Assembly: GCA_964597585.1 (NCBI GenBank)
Contig: CAZQYU010000004.1
Location: forward strand, 1 to 38,908
Source: an uncultured Thermoanaerobaculia bacterium
Lineage (GTDB): Bacteria; Acidobacteriota; Thermoanaerobaculia; Thermoanaerobaculales; Sulfomarinibacteraceae
Reading direction: 5' to 3'
DNA: 38,908 nucleotides
This document shows, one piece after another, positions 1 through 7,858 of the stretch. A model generated the notes under the pieces. The model was given only the letters and a program-made list of their open reading frames with translations. It ran no database searches and was not told the origin of the DNA. The position numbers were made by a program, and so were the translations under genes. The stretch's first letter is position 1, and the number at the start of each line of letters is the position of its first letter.

Positions 1-39
1 GGGGCCGGCCTACGGGCTCACGGCTCGCTCCGGCGGGGC

Positions 40-60
40 GCCGCGGCTGCAGGCCGCGGC
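40..60. terminator. GC-rich hairpin just downstream of the tRNA 3' end (terminator or processing stem; no U-tract)
   Basis: GCCGCGGC(40-47)-TGCAG-GCCGCGGC(53-60), 18 nt beyond the tRNA CCA. Confidence 0.4.
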
Positions 61-78
61 ACACCCTCACGTGAAGCA

Positions 79-164
79 TGGTGCCGGAGGAGGGAATCGA
101 ACCCTCACAGAGTTGCCTCCAAGGGATTTTGAGTCCCCCGCGTCTACCGTTCCGCCACTCCGGC
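79..164 (-). tRNA. tRNA-Leu(CAA), type II with long variable arm and encoded CCA
   Basis: Minus strand reads GCCGGAGTGGCGGAACGGTAGACGCGGGGGACTCAAAATCCCTTGGAGGCAACTCTGTGAGGGTTCGATTCCCTCCTCCGGCACCA: acceptor GCCGGAG/CTCCGGC, anticodon loop CTCAAAA, TTCGA T-loop, discriminator A plus CCA. Confidence 0.97.
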
Positions 165-171
165 CCGCTGC

Positions 172-201
172 ATTCTCCCGTTCAACGCCGGTACCGGTCA
201 A
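172..201 (-). promoter_or_regulatory. Putative sigma70 promoter of tRNA-Leu
   Basis: TTGACC(201-196)-18 nt-GAGAAT(177-172), followed by a GC-rich discriminator. Confidence 0.4.
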
Positions 202-316
202 GCGGTACACCTTCCGCGTTCAGTATCAGGACGCACTCGCGACAAGAAGCGGATCGCCATTCTCAAGAAGCATCTATTCGAGACAGCGTCTTTTCAGGAG
301 TCCAATGAGAAAAGAC

Positions 317-345
317 TTGACGAAAGGCTGTCACTGGAGTAAATT
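317..345 (+). promoter_or_regulatory. Sigma70 promoter of the arsR-fmdB operon
   Basis: TTGACG(317-322)-17 nt-TAAATT(340-345) in an AT-rich patch. Confidence 0.7.
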
Positions 346-358
346 ACTAAATGGTGAT
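343..358. promoter_or_regulatory. Putative ArsR-family operator overlapping -10/+1
   Basis: Imperfect palindrome ATTACTA-AA-TGGTGAT (5/7 symmetric); position typical of ArsR autorepression. Confidence 0.5.
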
Positions 359-393
359 AGTGTGAGATTGAGAGGAATCGAGAAGGAGGCGCC

Positions 394-750
394 GTGCCAG
401 GAACAGATGATCTGCTGACCCGGATCGCCGAGGTTCTCAAGGCCATGGCCGACCCCACCCGGCTCAAGATCCTGCACAGTCTGCATTCCGGTGAGCGCTG
501 CGTGTCGGACATCCTGCACGTGGTCGGCGGAAGTCAGGCGAACGTCTCGAAGCATCTCTCGGTGCTCAAGCGCGCGGGTCTCGTCGACTGCCGCCGGGAT
601 GGCCTGAACGTGTTCTATCGCATCATCGACGAGGGCGTCTTCACCATCTGCCGCAATGTCTGCGACTCATTGGAGCAGCGCGTCGACCGCGAGCACCAGG
701 CGATCCTCGAAGGACGGCATCAGATCGAAGAAGTCGAGGTTCTCGGCTAG
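394..750 (+). CDS. ArsR/SmtB family transcriptional repressor
   Basis: KAMADPTRLKIL...SQANVSKHLSVLKRAGLV..RRDG..VFY winged-HTH signature; AAGGAGG RBS before the GTG; Cys in ERCV, DCRR and ICRNVC. Confidence 0.93.
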   Translation: MPGTDDLLTRIAEVLKAMADPTRLKILHSLHSGERCVSDILHVVGGSQANVSKHLSVLKRAGLVDCRRDGLNVFYRIIDEGVFTICRNVCDSLEQRVDREHQAILEGRHQIEEVEVLG

Positions 751-825
751 GCGACCGCCGACCCGCGTCGTGAAGCTCGCGGCAATTGCCTTGGAATCTC
801 CCGAGCCGAGTGAGGATGAATCACG

Positions 826-1035
826 ATGCCGATCTACGAGTATCGCTGTAACCAGTGCCAGCGCAAGTTTCAGAAGCTGCAGGGCGTCGGCGCCAGCTCC
901 GACGGCGTCCGCTGCCCGCATTGCGGTGCCTCCGAGGTTGTTCGTCAGCTCTCCACCTTCGCGAGTGCATCCACCGCGAGCGCAAGCTCCAGCGGCAGCC
1001 TGGGAGCCGGCTGTGGCAGCGGCGGTTTCACCTGA
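826..1035 (+). CDS. FmdB-family zinc-ribbon protein (extends to 1044 if TGA is read as Sec)
   Basis: MPIYEYRCNQC...CPHCG (two CxxC) and a Ser/Gly-rich tail ending GCGSGGFT; GAGGA RBS. Confidence 0.9.
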   Translation: MPIYEYRCNQCQRKFQKLQGVGASSDGVRCPHCGASEVVRQLSTFASASTASASSSGSLGAGCGSGGFT

Positions 1036-1071
1036 GGAGTCTGAGCACCGGGACCCGGGCGGTTCCCTCCT
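1035..1071 (+). other. Candidate bacterial SECIS-like stem-loop
   Basis: AGGAG(1035-39)/CTCCT(1067-71), GAGC(1043-46)/GTTC(1062-65), CCGG(1048-51)/CCGG(1055-58); apical loop GAC starts 16 nt after the TGA. Confidence 0.45.
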
Positions 1072-1187
1072 GATCGACCTTCCCGCCGCCCGAAGGGCGC
1101 CGTGCACGCGATGGGCTCCACACTCCTCGCCTGCTTCCCACGGCCGGCTCCGTGGCTGCGACACCGCCGACTCACAGGACACCACAA

Positions 1188-2336
1188 TCAGCCGGCGCGG
1201 AGGTCGCGGGATCCGGTCTTGTCGTCCTTGACGCGCAGGGCGCGGCGCCGCAGCAGGCTCTCGACCATGAGCCGGGTCTCGACCTCGGACCCGGGCATCT
1301 GGCGCACGATCTCCCGCACGGTGTAGGCACCGTTGATCCGCGACAGCAGAAATCCCTCCTCTGGACTGCACTCGAGGGAGAAGAGGGCGGCCGGAGGTAC
1401 GGCGAGCTCGAGTATAGAGTTGTCGTCGAGCTGCCGACGCTCGAGCTCTTGCAGAATCTTGTGCTCGATTCCCGTCGCCTGCTCGTTGGCCTCCCGCTGC
1501 TGCGCGTGCCGCTCGCGAATCTCTCGAAGCTGCTGCCAGGCTCGCAAGAGATTCCCGGCCGCGATCGCCCGCTCGGCCTCCTTCAGCAGTACCCGCCAGG
1601 CGCCTTGAGAAAACCCGGGGATGACGATCTCGGTCGTGGTCGGCGGCCTGAGCTCGAACAGGCCGGCCTCCGCACCGGAGAAGATGAAGTGCAGTGTGTG
1701 GAACATCGGCAGCCGACAGGCCAGCGAGATTTCCTCGATGCTGTTGCGGCCGTTGATCTCGCCGAGAATGCCGAGCTCGGTTGCGCCGATCTGCTGCACG
1801 TCCACGGCTCGAATCAGCTTCGGAATCCACTGCGGGTCGGGAATGCTATCCCGGATGCGGAGCCACTCGTCCTTGCGCCGGACACCCTCGAGAGTGAGCA
1901 TATCGATCGCCAAGCCGAGTGGTTGGAACTTCTTCGCGGGGAGAATGTTCTCCAGGAACCGGAAGTCACCCTCCTCCCAGAGAAACAGCTCGTAGATGGT
2001 CTCCTCGGTCTTGACCTGGAGAATCCGGGTCAGGTCCTCGCGCGAGATGCGCCCGATGATCACCAGCAGCTCACCGAGCAGGGTGCCGTGTCGGTCCTGC
2101 ATGTCGAGCAGCTCCTGGAGCTCCTCTTCACTGATGTAGTTCCACCCGACCAGGTAATATCCGAGGTACTCCTTCGGATTCTCCGACGACGAAGCGACGA
2201 CGAGCCCGTCCCGGAAGTACACCTTCTTGTTGTGCTCGGGGCCTTCGACGGCAAGCGTGCCTGTCTTGCGGCTCTGCGACACCCACTGCAGCAGGTCGGC
2301 GAAAGGCATCGTACGGAGGTTGCCGCTAATCGACAC
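1188..2336 (-). CDS. DUF4388 (PatA N-terminal-like) domain protein with a helical/TPR-like middle and wHTH-like C-terminus
   Basis: SISGNLRTMPFADLLQWVSQSRKTGTL...VYFRDG...LGYYLV...LGELL...LFLWEEGDFRF pattern; C-terminal EEGFLLSRING. Confidence 0.8.
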   Translation of the reverse strand: MSISGNLRTMPFADLLQWVSQSRKTGTLAVEGPEHNKKVYFRDGLVVASSSENPKEYLGYYLVGWNYISEEELQELLDMQDRHGTLLGELLVIIGRISREDLTRILQVKTEETIYELFLWEEGDFRFLENILPAKKFQPLGLAIDMLTLEGVRRKDEWLRIRDSIPDPQWIPKLIRAVDVQQIGATELGILGEINGRNSIEEISLACRLPMFHTLHFIFSGAEAGLFELRPPTTTEIVIPGFSQGAWRVLLKEAERAIAAGNLLRAWQQLREIRERHAQQREANEQATGIEHKILQELERRQLDDNSILELAVPPAALFSLECSPEEGFLLSRINGAYTVREIVRQMPGSEVETRLMVESLLRRRALRVKDDKTGSRDLRAG

Positions 2337-2452
2337 TCACACGCTCCCGCGACCTCGGCGCCAACGCGAGCAACGGGACCCGTGGACCCGAACGAATCGA
2401 TGCGACTGGACGCAAGCCATAGGCAAGAAGGAGGTTGCGATTCCCTCGCCGG

Positions 2453-2461
2453 ATTATACCA
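2453..2461 (-). promoter_or_regulatory. Extended -10 promoter for the DUF4388 gene
   Basis: TG-G-TATAAT on the minus strand, about 115 nt upstream of the start. Confidence 0.65.
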
Positions 2462-2497
2462 CGATCGTCACCGACTTCAGTCGGGAAGTCTCGACGG

Positions 2498-2531
2498 CTC
2501 CGTCACTTCCCGCCGGCCTCCGGCGACGGAG
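2498..2531 (-). terminator. Hairpin after nfnB (terminator or stability stem)
   Basis: CTCCGT..CGCCGG-CCT-CCGGCG-ACGGAG bulged stem directly after the stop; no clear U-tract. Confidence 0.35.
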
Positions 2532-2537
2532 GCGAGG

Positions 2538-3992
2538 TCAGGAAGGTGCCTGGTCTCGACTCCTGGGAGTCCGGACATCCTCCTTCAGATAGCGGTCGAT
2601 CCCGGCGGCGGCGGTCTTGCCCGCACCCATGGCCAGAATCACCGTCGCTGCGCCGGTCACGATGTCGCCGCCCGCGAACACCCCGGGAATCGAGGTCATC
2701 ATCGTCGCTTCATCGACCACGATGTTCCCCCAGCGATTCAGCTGAAGCCCTTCGGTGCTCTTGGTCACGAGCGGGTTCGGTCCCTGGCCGATGCCCATCA
2801 CAACCGTGTCGAGCTCGATGTCGTACTCGCTGCCCTCAACCGGAACCGGACGCCGACGGCCCGAGCTGTCGGGCTCTCCCAGCTCCATCTTGATGACGCG
2901 CACACCGGTGACGAGACCGTCCTCATTCGAGTGGATCGCAACCGGGGAGGTGAGCCAGCGGAAGTCGATCCCCTCCTCCTCAGCGTGCTCGAGTTCTTCC
3001 AGGCGCGCAGGGGACTCGGCGCGGGTGCGCCGGTAGAGGCAGACAACCTGCTCGGCACCGAGCCGCATCGAGGTCCGCAGGCAGTCCATTGCGACGTTTC
3101 CGGAACCGACCACCGCGACTCGCGGGCCGATCGCGACCGGGGTGTCGAAATCAGGAAAGCTGAAGGCCTTCATGAGATTGACGCGAGTGAGAAACTCATT
3201 CGCGGAGTAGACGCCGATGGCGTTCTCCCCCGGAATCCCCATGAAGTACGGGAGACCGGCACCGGTGCCGACGAACACCGCGTCGAAGCCGTACTCCTCG
3301 AACAGCTCTGCCACTGACGCGGTCTTCCCGACGACGAAGTTGCACCGGATCTCGACGCCGAGGCGACGCAGGTTGGAGATCTCCTCGTCAACGATCGCCT
3401 TGGGCAGGCGAAACTCGGGAATGCCATAGATCAAGACCCCGCCGGGCTTGTGCAGCGCCTCGAGGATCGTCACTGAGTGACCGCGCATCGCGAGGTCGGC
3501 TGCGCACGCCAAACCGGCCGGCCCGGAGCCGACGATCGCAACCCGGAACCCGGTCGGTGGAGCCGGCTGGGGCATTCTGGTCTCGCCGCTTTGCCGTTCC
3601 ACGTCCGCAACGAACCGCTCGAGACGGCCGATCGCCACGGGGGCCTGCTTGTTGCCGACGACGCAGACCTTTTCGCACTGATCCTCCTGCGGGCAGACCC
3701 GCCCGCAGATCGCAGGCAGCGTGTTGTCCTTCTTGATGATCGCGAGGGCGCGGGCGAACTCGCCATCCTGGATCGCTTCGACGAAGGCGGGAATGTCGAT
3801 CCCGACTGGACAGCCAGCGATGCACTTCGGCTTCTTGCACGCGAGACAGCGCTCCGCCTCGGTGGTGGCGAGGTCCTCGGTGAATCCGAGGGCCACCTCG
3901 GCGAAGTTCCGCCGCCGCTCGACGGGGTCCTGCGCCGGCATCGCCTGTCGGGGAATCGCCATTCGCTGCTTCGGCGTCAGGTCGCGGGCCAT
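2538..3992 (-). CDS. nfnB: NfnB/SudA-type large subunit (GltD-like FAD, 2x[4Fe-4S]) of the electron-bifurcating NADH-dependent reduced ferredoxin:NADP+ oxidoreductase
   Basis: CLACKKPKCIAGCP and CGRVCPQEDQCEKVC Fe-S motifs, GSGPAG, YGIPEFRLPK, GSGNVAMD, YRR, FAGGDIVTG; ATG overlaps the nfnA TGA; GAGGTG RBS. Confidence 0.88.
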   Translation of the reverse strand: MARDLTPKQRMAIPRQAMPAQDPVERRRNFAEVALGFTEDLATTEAERCLACKKPKCIAGCPVGIDIPAFVEAIQDGEFARALAIIKKDNTLPAICGRVCPQEDQCEKVCVVGNKQAPVAIGRLERFVADVERQSGETRMPQPAPPTGFRVAIVGSGPAGLACAADLAMRGHSVTILEALHKPGGVLIYGIPEFRLPKAIVDEEISNLRRLGVEIRCNFVVGKTASVAELFEEYGFDAVFVGTGAGLPYFMGIPGENAIGVYSANEFLTRVNLMKAFSFPDFDTPVAIGPRVAVVGSGNVAMDCLRTSMRLGAEQVVCLYRRTRAESPARLEELEHAEEEGIDFRWLTSPVAIHSNEDGLVTGVRVIKMELGEPDSSGRRRPVPVEGSEYDIELDTVVMGIGQGPNPLVTKSTEGLQLNRWGNIVVDEATMMTSIPGVFAGGDIVTGAATVILAMGAGKTAAAGIDRYLKEDVRTPRSRDQAPS

Positions 3993-4849
3993 CACTTCAC
4001 CTCCCCGAACGGCATCGCCTGACACGTGTGCTGCGCGAGAAAGCGCTCGCGCGCAATCCGCTCCTGCTTGAGATAGATGCGCTGCCGCTTGAGGAGCAGG
4101 TCAAAATCGACCTGGTGCGCGTCGAATTCGGGACCGTCGACGCAGACGAACTTACTCTCGCCGCCGACCGCAACCCGGCATCCACCGCACATACCGGTGC
4201 CGTCGATCATGATCGTGTTGAGCGAGACCACGGTCGGGATCCCAAGAGGGCGGGTCATATCTGCGACGGCCTTCATCATCACCCCTGGTCCGATCGCGAT
4301 GACCTGTGCCGGTGCTCCGTGGTCGGCGATGTAGCCATCCAGGGCGTGCGTCACGAATCCCTTGCGGCCGAGGCTGCCGTCGTCGGTGGTGAGGATCGTC
4401 TCATCGGACGTGGCGGACATCTCGTCGCGCAGGATCACGAGCTCGGCCGTCCGGCCGCCGAGGATGGAGACGACCCGATTGCCGGCCTGTTTCAGGGCGC
4501 GGGCAATCGGCAGCAGGGGAGCGATCCCGGCGCCGCCGCCGACGCACACGCAGGTCCCCAGCAACTCGACGTGGGTCGGCGTGCCGAGCGGTCCGACAAC
4601 ATGGAACTCGGCGCCGGCCTCGAGCAGCCCCATCTCCATCGTCGACTTTCCGACCTCCTGGACCACCAGCGTGATCGTGCCCGCAGCAGCGTCGTGGTCC
4701 GCGATGGTCAGCGGGATGCGTTCGCCGTGGTCGTGAAGCAGAACAATCACGAACTGCCCCGCCCGATGCTTGCGAGCAATCTCGGGCGCCTCGACCACGA
4801 AGCGTTTGAACTGGGGCGCGATGCTGGCGACCTCAACGAGCCTGGCCAT
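3992..4849 (-). CDS. nfnA: NfnA/SudB-type small subunit (FNR-like FAD/NAD-binding, [2Fe-2S])
   Basis: GQFVI..ERIPLTI, GPLG, GGGAGIAP, Asp-ligated cluster motif MIDGTGMCGGCRV...CVDGPEF; GGAGG RBS. Confidence 0.9.
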   Translation of the reverse strand: MARLVEVASIAPQFKRFVVEAPEIARKHRAGQFVIVLLHDHGERIPLTIADHDAAAGTITLVVQEVGKSTMEMGLLEAGAEFHVVGPLGTPTHVELLGTCVCVGGGAGIAPLLPIARALKQAGNRVVSILGGRTAELVILRDEMSATSDETILTTDDGSLGRKGFVTHALDGYIADHGAPAQVIAIGPGVMMKAVADMTRPLGIPTVVSLNTIMIDGTGMCGGCRVAVGGESKFVCVDGPEFDAHQVDFDLLLKRQRIYLKQERIARERFLAQHTCQAMPFGEVK

Positions 4850-5062
4850 TCCGCCTCCGGGAGGGAGCCGATCGCACGGCTCCGCTCGCACCGAGACACT
4901 CTAGCAATCGAACCTTGGCCGATCAAGAAGGAATCGTTCCTGAATATCCATGCGAGCGGGCTCTCCTCATCCATACGACCCACTCTGCAACTTGCCCGGG
5001 AAGGAGAAGTCGGCAGTAGAGGGAGCGTCCACACGCAAGGCGTCATACCGGCCGCACTCAAG

Positions 5063-5103
5063 ATGACCGAAGCTGCTCGTCGGTGTATAGTCACGAGGCA
5101 GCT
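5063..5103 (+). promoter_or_regulatory. Promoter of the GGDEF gene with a flanking inverted repeat
   Basis: ATGACC(5063-68)-17 nt-TATAGT(5086-91); AGCTGCTCGT(5071-80)...ACGAGGCAGCT(5093-5103) bracket the -10. Confidence 0.5.
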
Positions 5104-5141
5104 CATTGCCGGAGGCACTTCGGAACGAACGGGTCAACCTG

Positions 5142-7244
5142 ATGTCGACCGTACTCTCTCTCATTCCTTTGGCTGTCGCCTGTCTACTGCTGTCGCTGGC
5201 GTCTCGCCAGTGGCGGACGACCGCATTGCCTTGGGGGACCGTACCGCTGGCGGTGGCGGCAGTGATGGGTGCGGGCGTCCTTGCGGTCACCGTACTCGCG
5301 CTCGTGGTCACCGTCGCGGAGACGGCAGGCCGGTGGCAGACCCTCCGCGAGGTTGTCCCCGTCTCGGCGTTGGCCATCGCAGTCGCTGGCATGCCGAAAA
5401 CGGCGCTGCCCGGAACTGTGGTCCGTCTGATGATTCTCCTTCCCGCAGCTCTCGTCATCTTGCTGCTGGTCCGTCGTTGGATACCGGGCGGTGAGCGTCA
5501 CCACCATGGCACCTGGAACGAGCTCGCCGCAACCCTGCTCCTGCTGGCGAGCGCCACCCTGCTGGCGTGTGGCCTCGCGCTCGAGCTGCCGTTGCTGACG
5601 ATCCTCGGTTTGTCAACTCCGGCCATGTTGCCTGCCCTGATCGAGGATGTCGTGCGGGCGGCCGCAGGACACGCAAGGGTCGACGGGATGGTGGACGCCT
5701 CGAGCGCGATCGCAGAGGCGCTGACCTCGACCGCCACCGGCCCGGTCGAGTCTCTCGCCGAGCGTCTCCACGAGACCTTCTCGCCGTTCCTCCGGCATCG
5801 CGCCACGATCGTGGCCCTGAATCCCGCGTATGGGGAGGGCACGTCGGTGGTCAGCTGCTATCCCTCCGCGGGAGAAGACGTGCACAGGATCAGGGAGCGT
5901 GCCCGCCACGCGCTCCAGTCCGGGCGTCGGGACTCGCTGGTCGGCGTCCGCATCACCAACCTCGAGGACCGCGACCACCTCCATCCCGCATTTTCCCACC
6001 AGCTGCTCGTACCTCTCCGGAGAGGACAGCAGTTGATCGCGCTGCTCGCGTTCCTGAACGACGCGCCGTTGGTCGTGCCCGCGATGGAGCGGCCGTTCGC
6101 CGATGCTGCGGCGGCGATTCTCGATCATCTACTTGGCCAACGCGAGCTCGCGTCGCGGGTCGCCCTGCTCGCACAGCGCGCGAACAGCCAGGGCGACCGA
6201 CTGCGCCAACTGCTCGAACTCAGCAACGCCGTGAGCTCGTCCAGTGACCCCAGGCGGGTCACGGAGAATCTGACGCGAACGGTCTGCGAGGTGTTCGGAT
6301 TCGGGGCCTGCGATCTCCTGCTCGACGCGGGCTCGGGCGACTCGATGCGGCGTGTCGCAAGCTGGAAGGACGGCGCTGGCGGCTGGATCGCTGACGAGGA
6401 AGACGAGATTGCGATGACCACGCTCAACGCGGCTCTGTCCCTCGGTACCTCGATGTCGCGCGCCGTCGTCGTTCCCGCTGACGCGTGGCCCCAGCCGCCA
6501 CGCAACGGGAGGGAGGTCGACCTCCTGCTCGTGCTCGGGCTGGGTTCGGAGGCGCGCCGTGTCGGGTATCTGGTCGCCGAGCCGCGACGCGAGACAGAGC
6601 TTCCCGACCTGGACGATCTGCGGGTGCTCGAGATCCTCACCGAGCAGGTCACGCCCGCCCTTTCATCCACACTCCGGGTTGCAGAGCTCTACCGCCAGAC
6701 CCAGATCGACGGGCTGACAGGGATCGCAAACCGCCGAGGGCTCGACCAGCACCTCGACAAGGAGCTGCGCGAGGCAAGGGAGCGTGAGACCGGAATCGCC
6801 TTCGGCATGATCGACGCCGACAGTTTCAAGGCGGTCAACGACCGTTTCGGCCACCGAATCGGTGACGTCGTCCTACGCGAGCTCGCTCAGCAGCTCGCTC
6901 AGAGCGTCCGTACGATGGACTTCGTCGCACGTTACGGCGGAGAGGAGTTCTGCATCGTGTTGCCCGGACTCGGGCTCGAGCAGGCCCAACAGGTCCTCGA
7001 GCGGCTCCGAGTGTCGATCGAGGCCTACGGCTTTGCCCGCAGTGAGCTGACGCATCCGGTGACGTTGACGGTGAGCATCGGCGTCGCCCACTTTCCGAGC
7101 GACGGCAGCGACGCGCGTCGCCTGATCGAGCGTGCCGACGTCGCACTCTACCGCGCCAAAGCTCTCGGAAAGAACCGTGTCGTGCTCGCCGCAGACGTCG
7201 CGCAGGGCGGCCTCTTCGACAGCCACGAGCCCTTCGCGGTCTAG
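5142..7244 (+). CDS. Membrane-anchored sensor diguanylate cyclase (several TM helices, GAF-like region, GGDEF)
   Basis: Hydrophobic N-terminus; DGLTGIANRR, DADSFKAVNDRFGH.IGD, RTMD I-site followed by ARYGGEEF, TVSIGVA, ADVALYRAK; start codon uncertain (5106 TTG is an alternative). Confidence 0.9.
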   Translation: MSTVLSLIPLAVACLLLSLASRQWRTTALPWGTVPLAVAAVMGAGVLAVTVLALVVTVAETAGRWQTLREVVPVSALAIAVAGMPKTALPGTVVRLMILLPAALVILLLVRRWIPGGERHHHGTWNELAATLLLLASATLLACGLALELPLLTILGLSTPAMLPALIEDVVRAAAGHARVDGMVDASSAIAEALTSTATGPVESLAERLHETFSPFLRHRATIVALNPAYGEGTSVVSCYPSAGEDVHRIRERARHALQSGRRDSLVGVRITNLEDRDHLHPAFSHQLLVPLRRGQQLIALLAFLNDAPLVVPAMERPFADAAAAILDHLLGQRELASRVALLAQRANSQGDRLRQLLELSNAVSSSSDPRRVTENLTRTVCEVFGFGACDLLLDAGSGDSMRRVASWKDGAGGWIADEEDEIAMTTLNAALSLGTSMSRAVVVPADAWPQPPRNGREVDLLLVLGLGSEARRVGYLVAEPRRETELPDLDDLRVLEILTEQVTPALSSTLRVAELYRQTQIDGLTGIANRRGLDQHLDKELREARERETGIAFGMIDADSFKAVNDRFGHRIGDVVLRELAQQLAQSVRTMDFVARYGGEEFCIVLPGLGLEQAQQVLERLRVSIEAYGFARSELTHPVTLTVSIGVAHFPSDGSDARRLIERADVALYRAKALGKNRVVLAADVAQGGLFDSHEPFAV

Positions 7245-7858
7245 CCTGCGGTTTCCATCTGCCAGAGGAAGCGGAGTTGCCAACGTGCGGCGTCTCCGGC
7301 CGATTCGACCCCAATGCGGGCGGTCCGGACCACAGCGCCCTCCGCCGGCCTGACGCCGTCGTCGACCAGGCGCAGCGAAGCGCCGAGCGCGCACAGATCC
7401 AGGCCGTCGTGCGAACGATCGAGAGCGAGCGCCTGGCAGAGCTTGCCCGGTCCATCGCACAGGCGTGTCTCGGCGACCCGGGGCCCCCGGCGCGCACGCA
7501 CCAGCTGGTGGCCGAACGTCGGAAGGCCAGCACGAAGGAGCACAGCCTCTCCGCTCCCCTCCTCTGCCGTCACCAGGTTTGCGCAGTGGTGCAGGCCGTA
7601 AATGAGATAGAGGTAGGCGTGCCCCGGAGGGCCCCACATCGAGAGGTTGCGCGCCGTCCGCCGCCCTCCCCAGGTGTGGCTCGCACGATCCGTGGGACCG
7701 AGATAGGCCTCAACCTCGGTCAGACGCAGTCCGACCTCGCCGTCCTCGGTTGAGTGCACCAAGAGCTTGCCCAGCAGCTCCCGGGCGACCCTCTCGGTGG
7801 GACGCTGGTAGAATGCGCGTCCGACGACGGCATGGCTCGAGTCGAAGGAGGACGGCAT
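7241..7858 (-). CDS. mpg: DNA-3-methyladenine glycosylase (MPG/AAG family)
   Basis: FYQRPTERVARELLGKLL, EVEAYLG..DRASH, PGHAYLYLIYGLHHCANLV, AVLLRA, GPGKLCQAL, RIGV. Confidence 0.9.
   Translation of the reverse strand: MPSSFDSSHAVVGRAFYQRPTERVARELLGKLLVHSTEDGEVGLRLTEVEAYLGPTDRASHTWGGRRTARNLSMWGPPGHAYLYLIYGLHHCANLVTAEEGSGEAVLLRAGLPTFGHQLVRARRGPRVAETRLCDGPGKLCQALALDRSHDGLDLCALGASLRLVDDGVRPAEGAVVRTARIGVESAGDAARWQLRFLWQMETAG
7806..7814 (+). promoter_or_regulatory. Extended -10 element for the epimerase, lying inside mpg
   Basis: TG-G-TAGAAT about 40 nt upstream of the epimerase ATG. Confidence 0.4.

Noticed and set aside
1-164. Integrative element at the tRNA 3' end
   Set aside because: No integrase or duplicated tRNA 3' fragment in the window; only 78 nt of flank are visible
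71-418. ORFs 71..418 and 78..308
   Set aside because: They are antisense to the tRNA and run over the promoter region, with no protein-like features
2337-2339. Sec read-through joining the uORF to the DUF4388 gene
   Set aside because: The uORF lacks an SD, the domain begins naturally at GTG 2336, and there is no redox motif context
4850-5141. c-di-GMP or other riboswitch ahead of the cyclase gene
   Set aside because: No GEMM-type GNRA/receptor pattern or other aptamer recognisable by eye; an Rfam scan would be needed to exclude one
1152-5494. Long plus-strand ORFs (1152..3317, 4028..5494) and similar ones elsewhere (24564..26159, 26529..28166, 30667..33180, 34287..36182)
   Set aside because: Shadow frames of well-supported genes on the opposite strand, as expected in high-GC DNA
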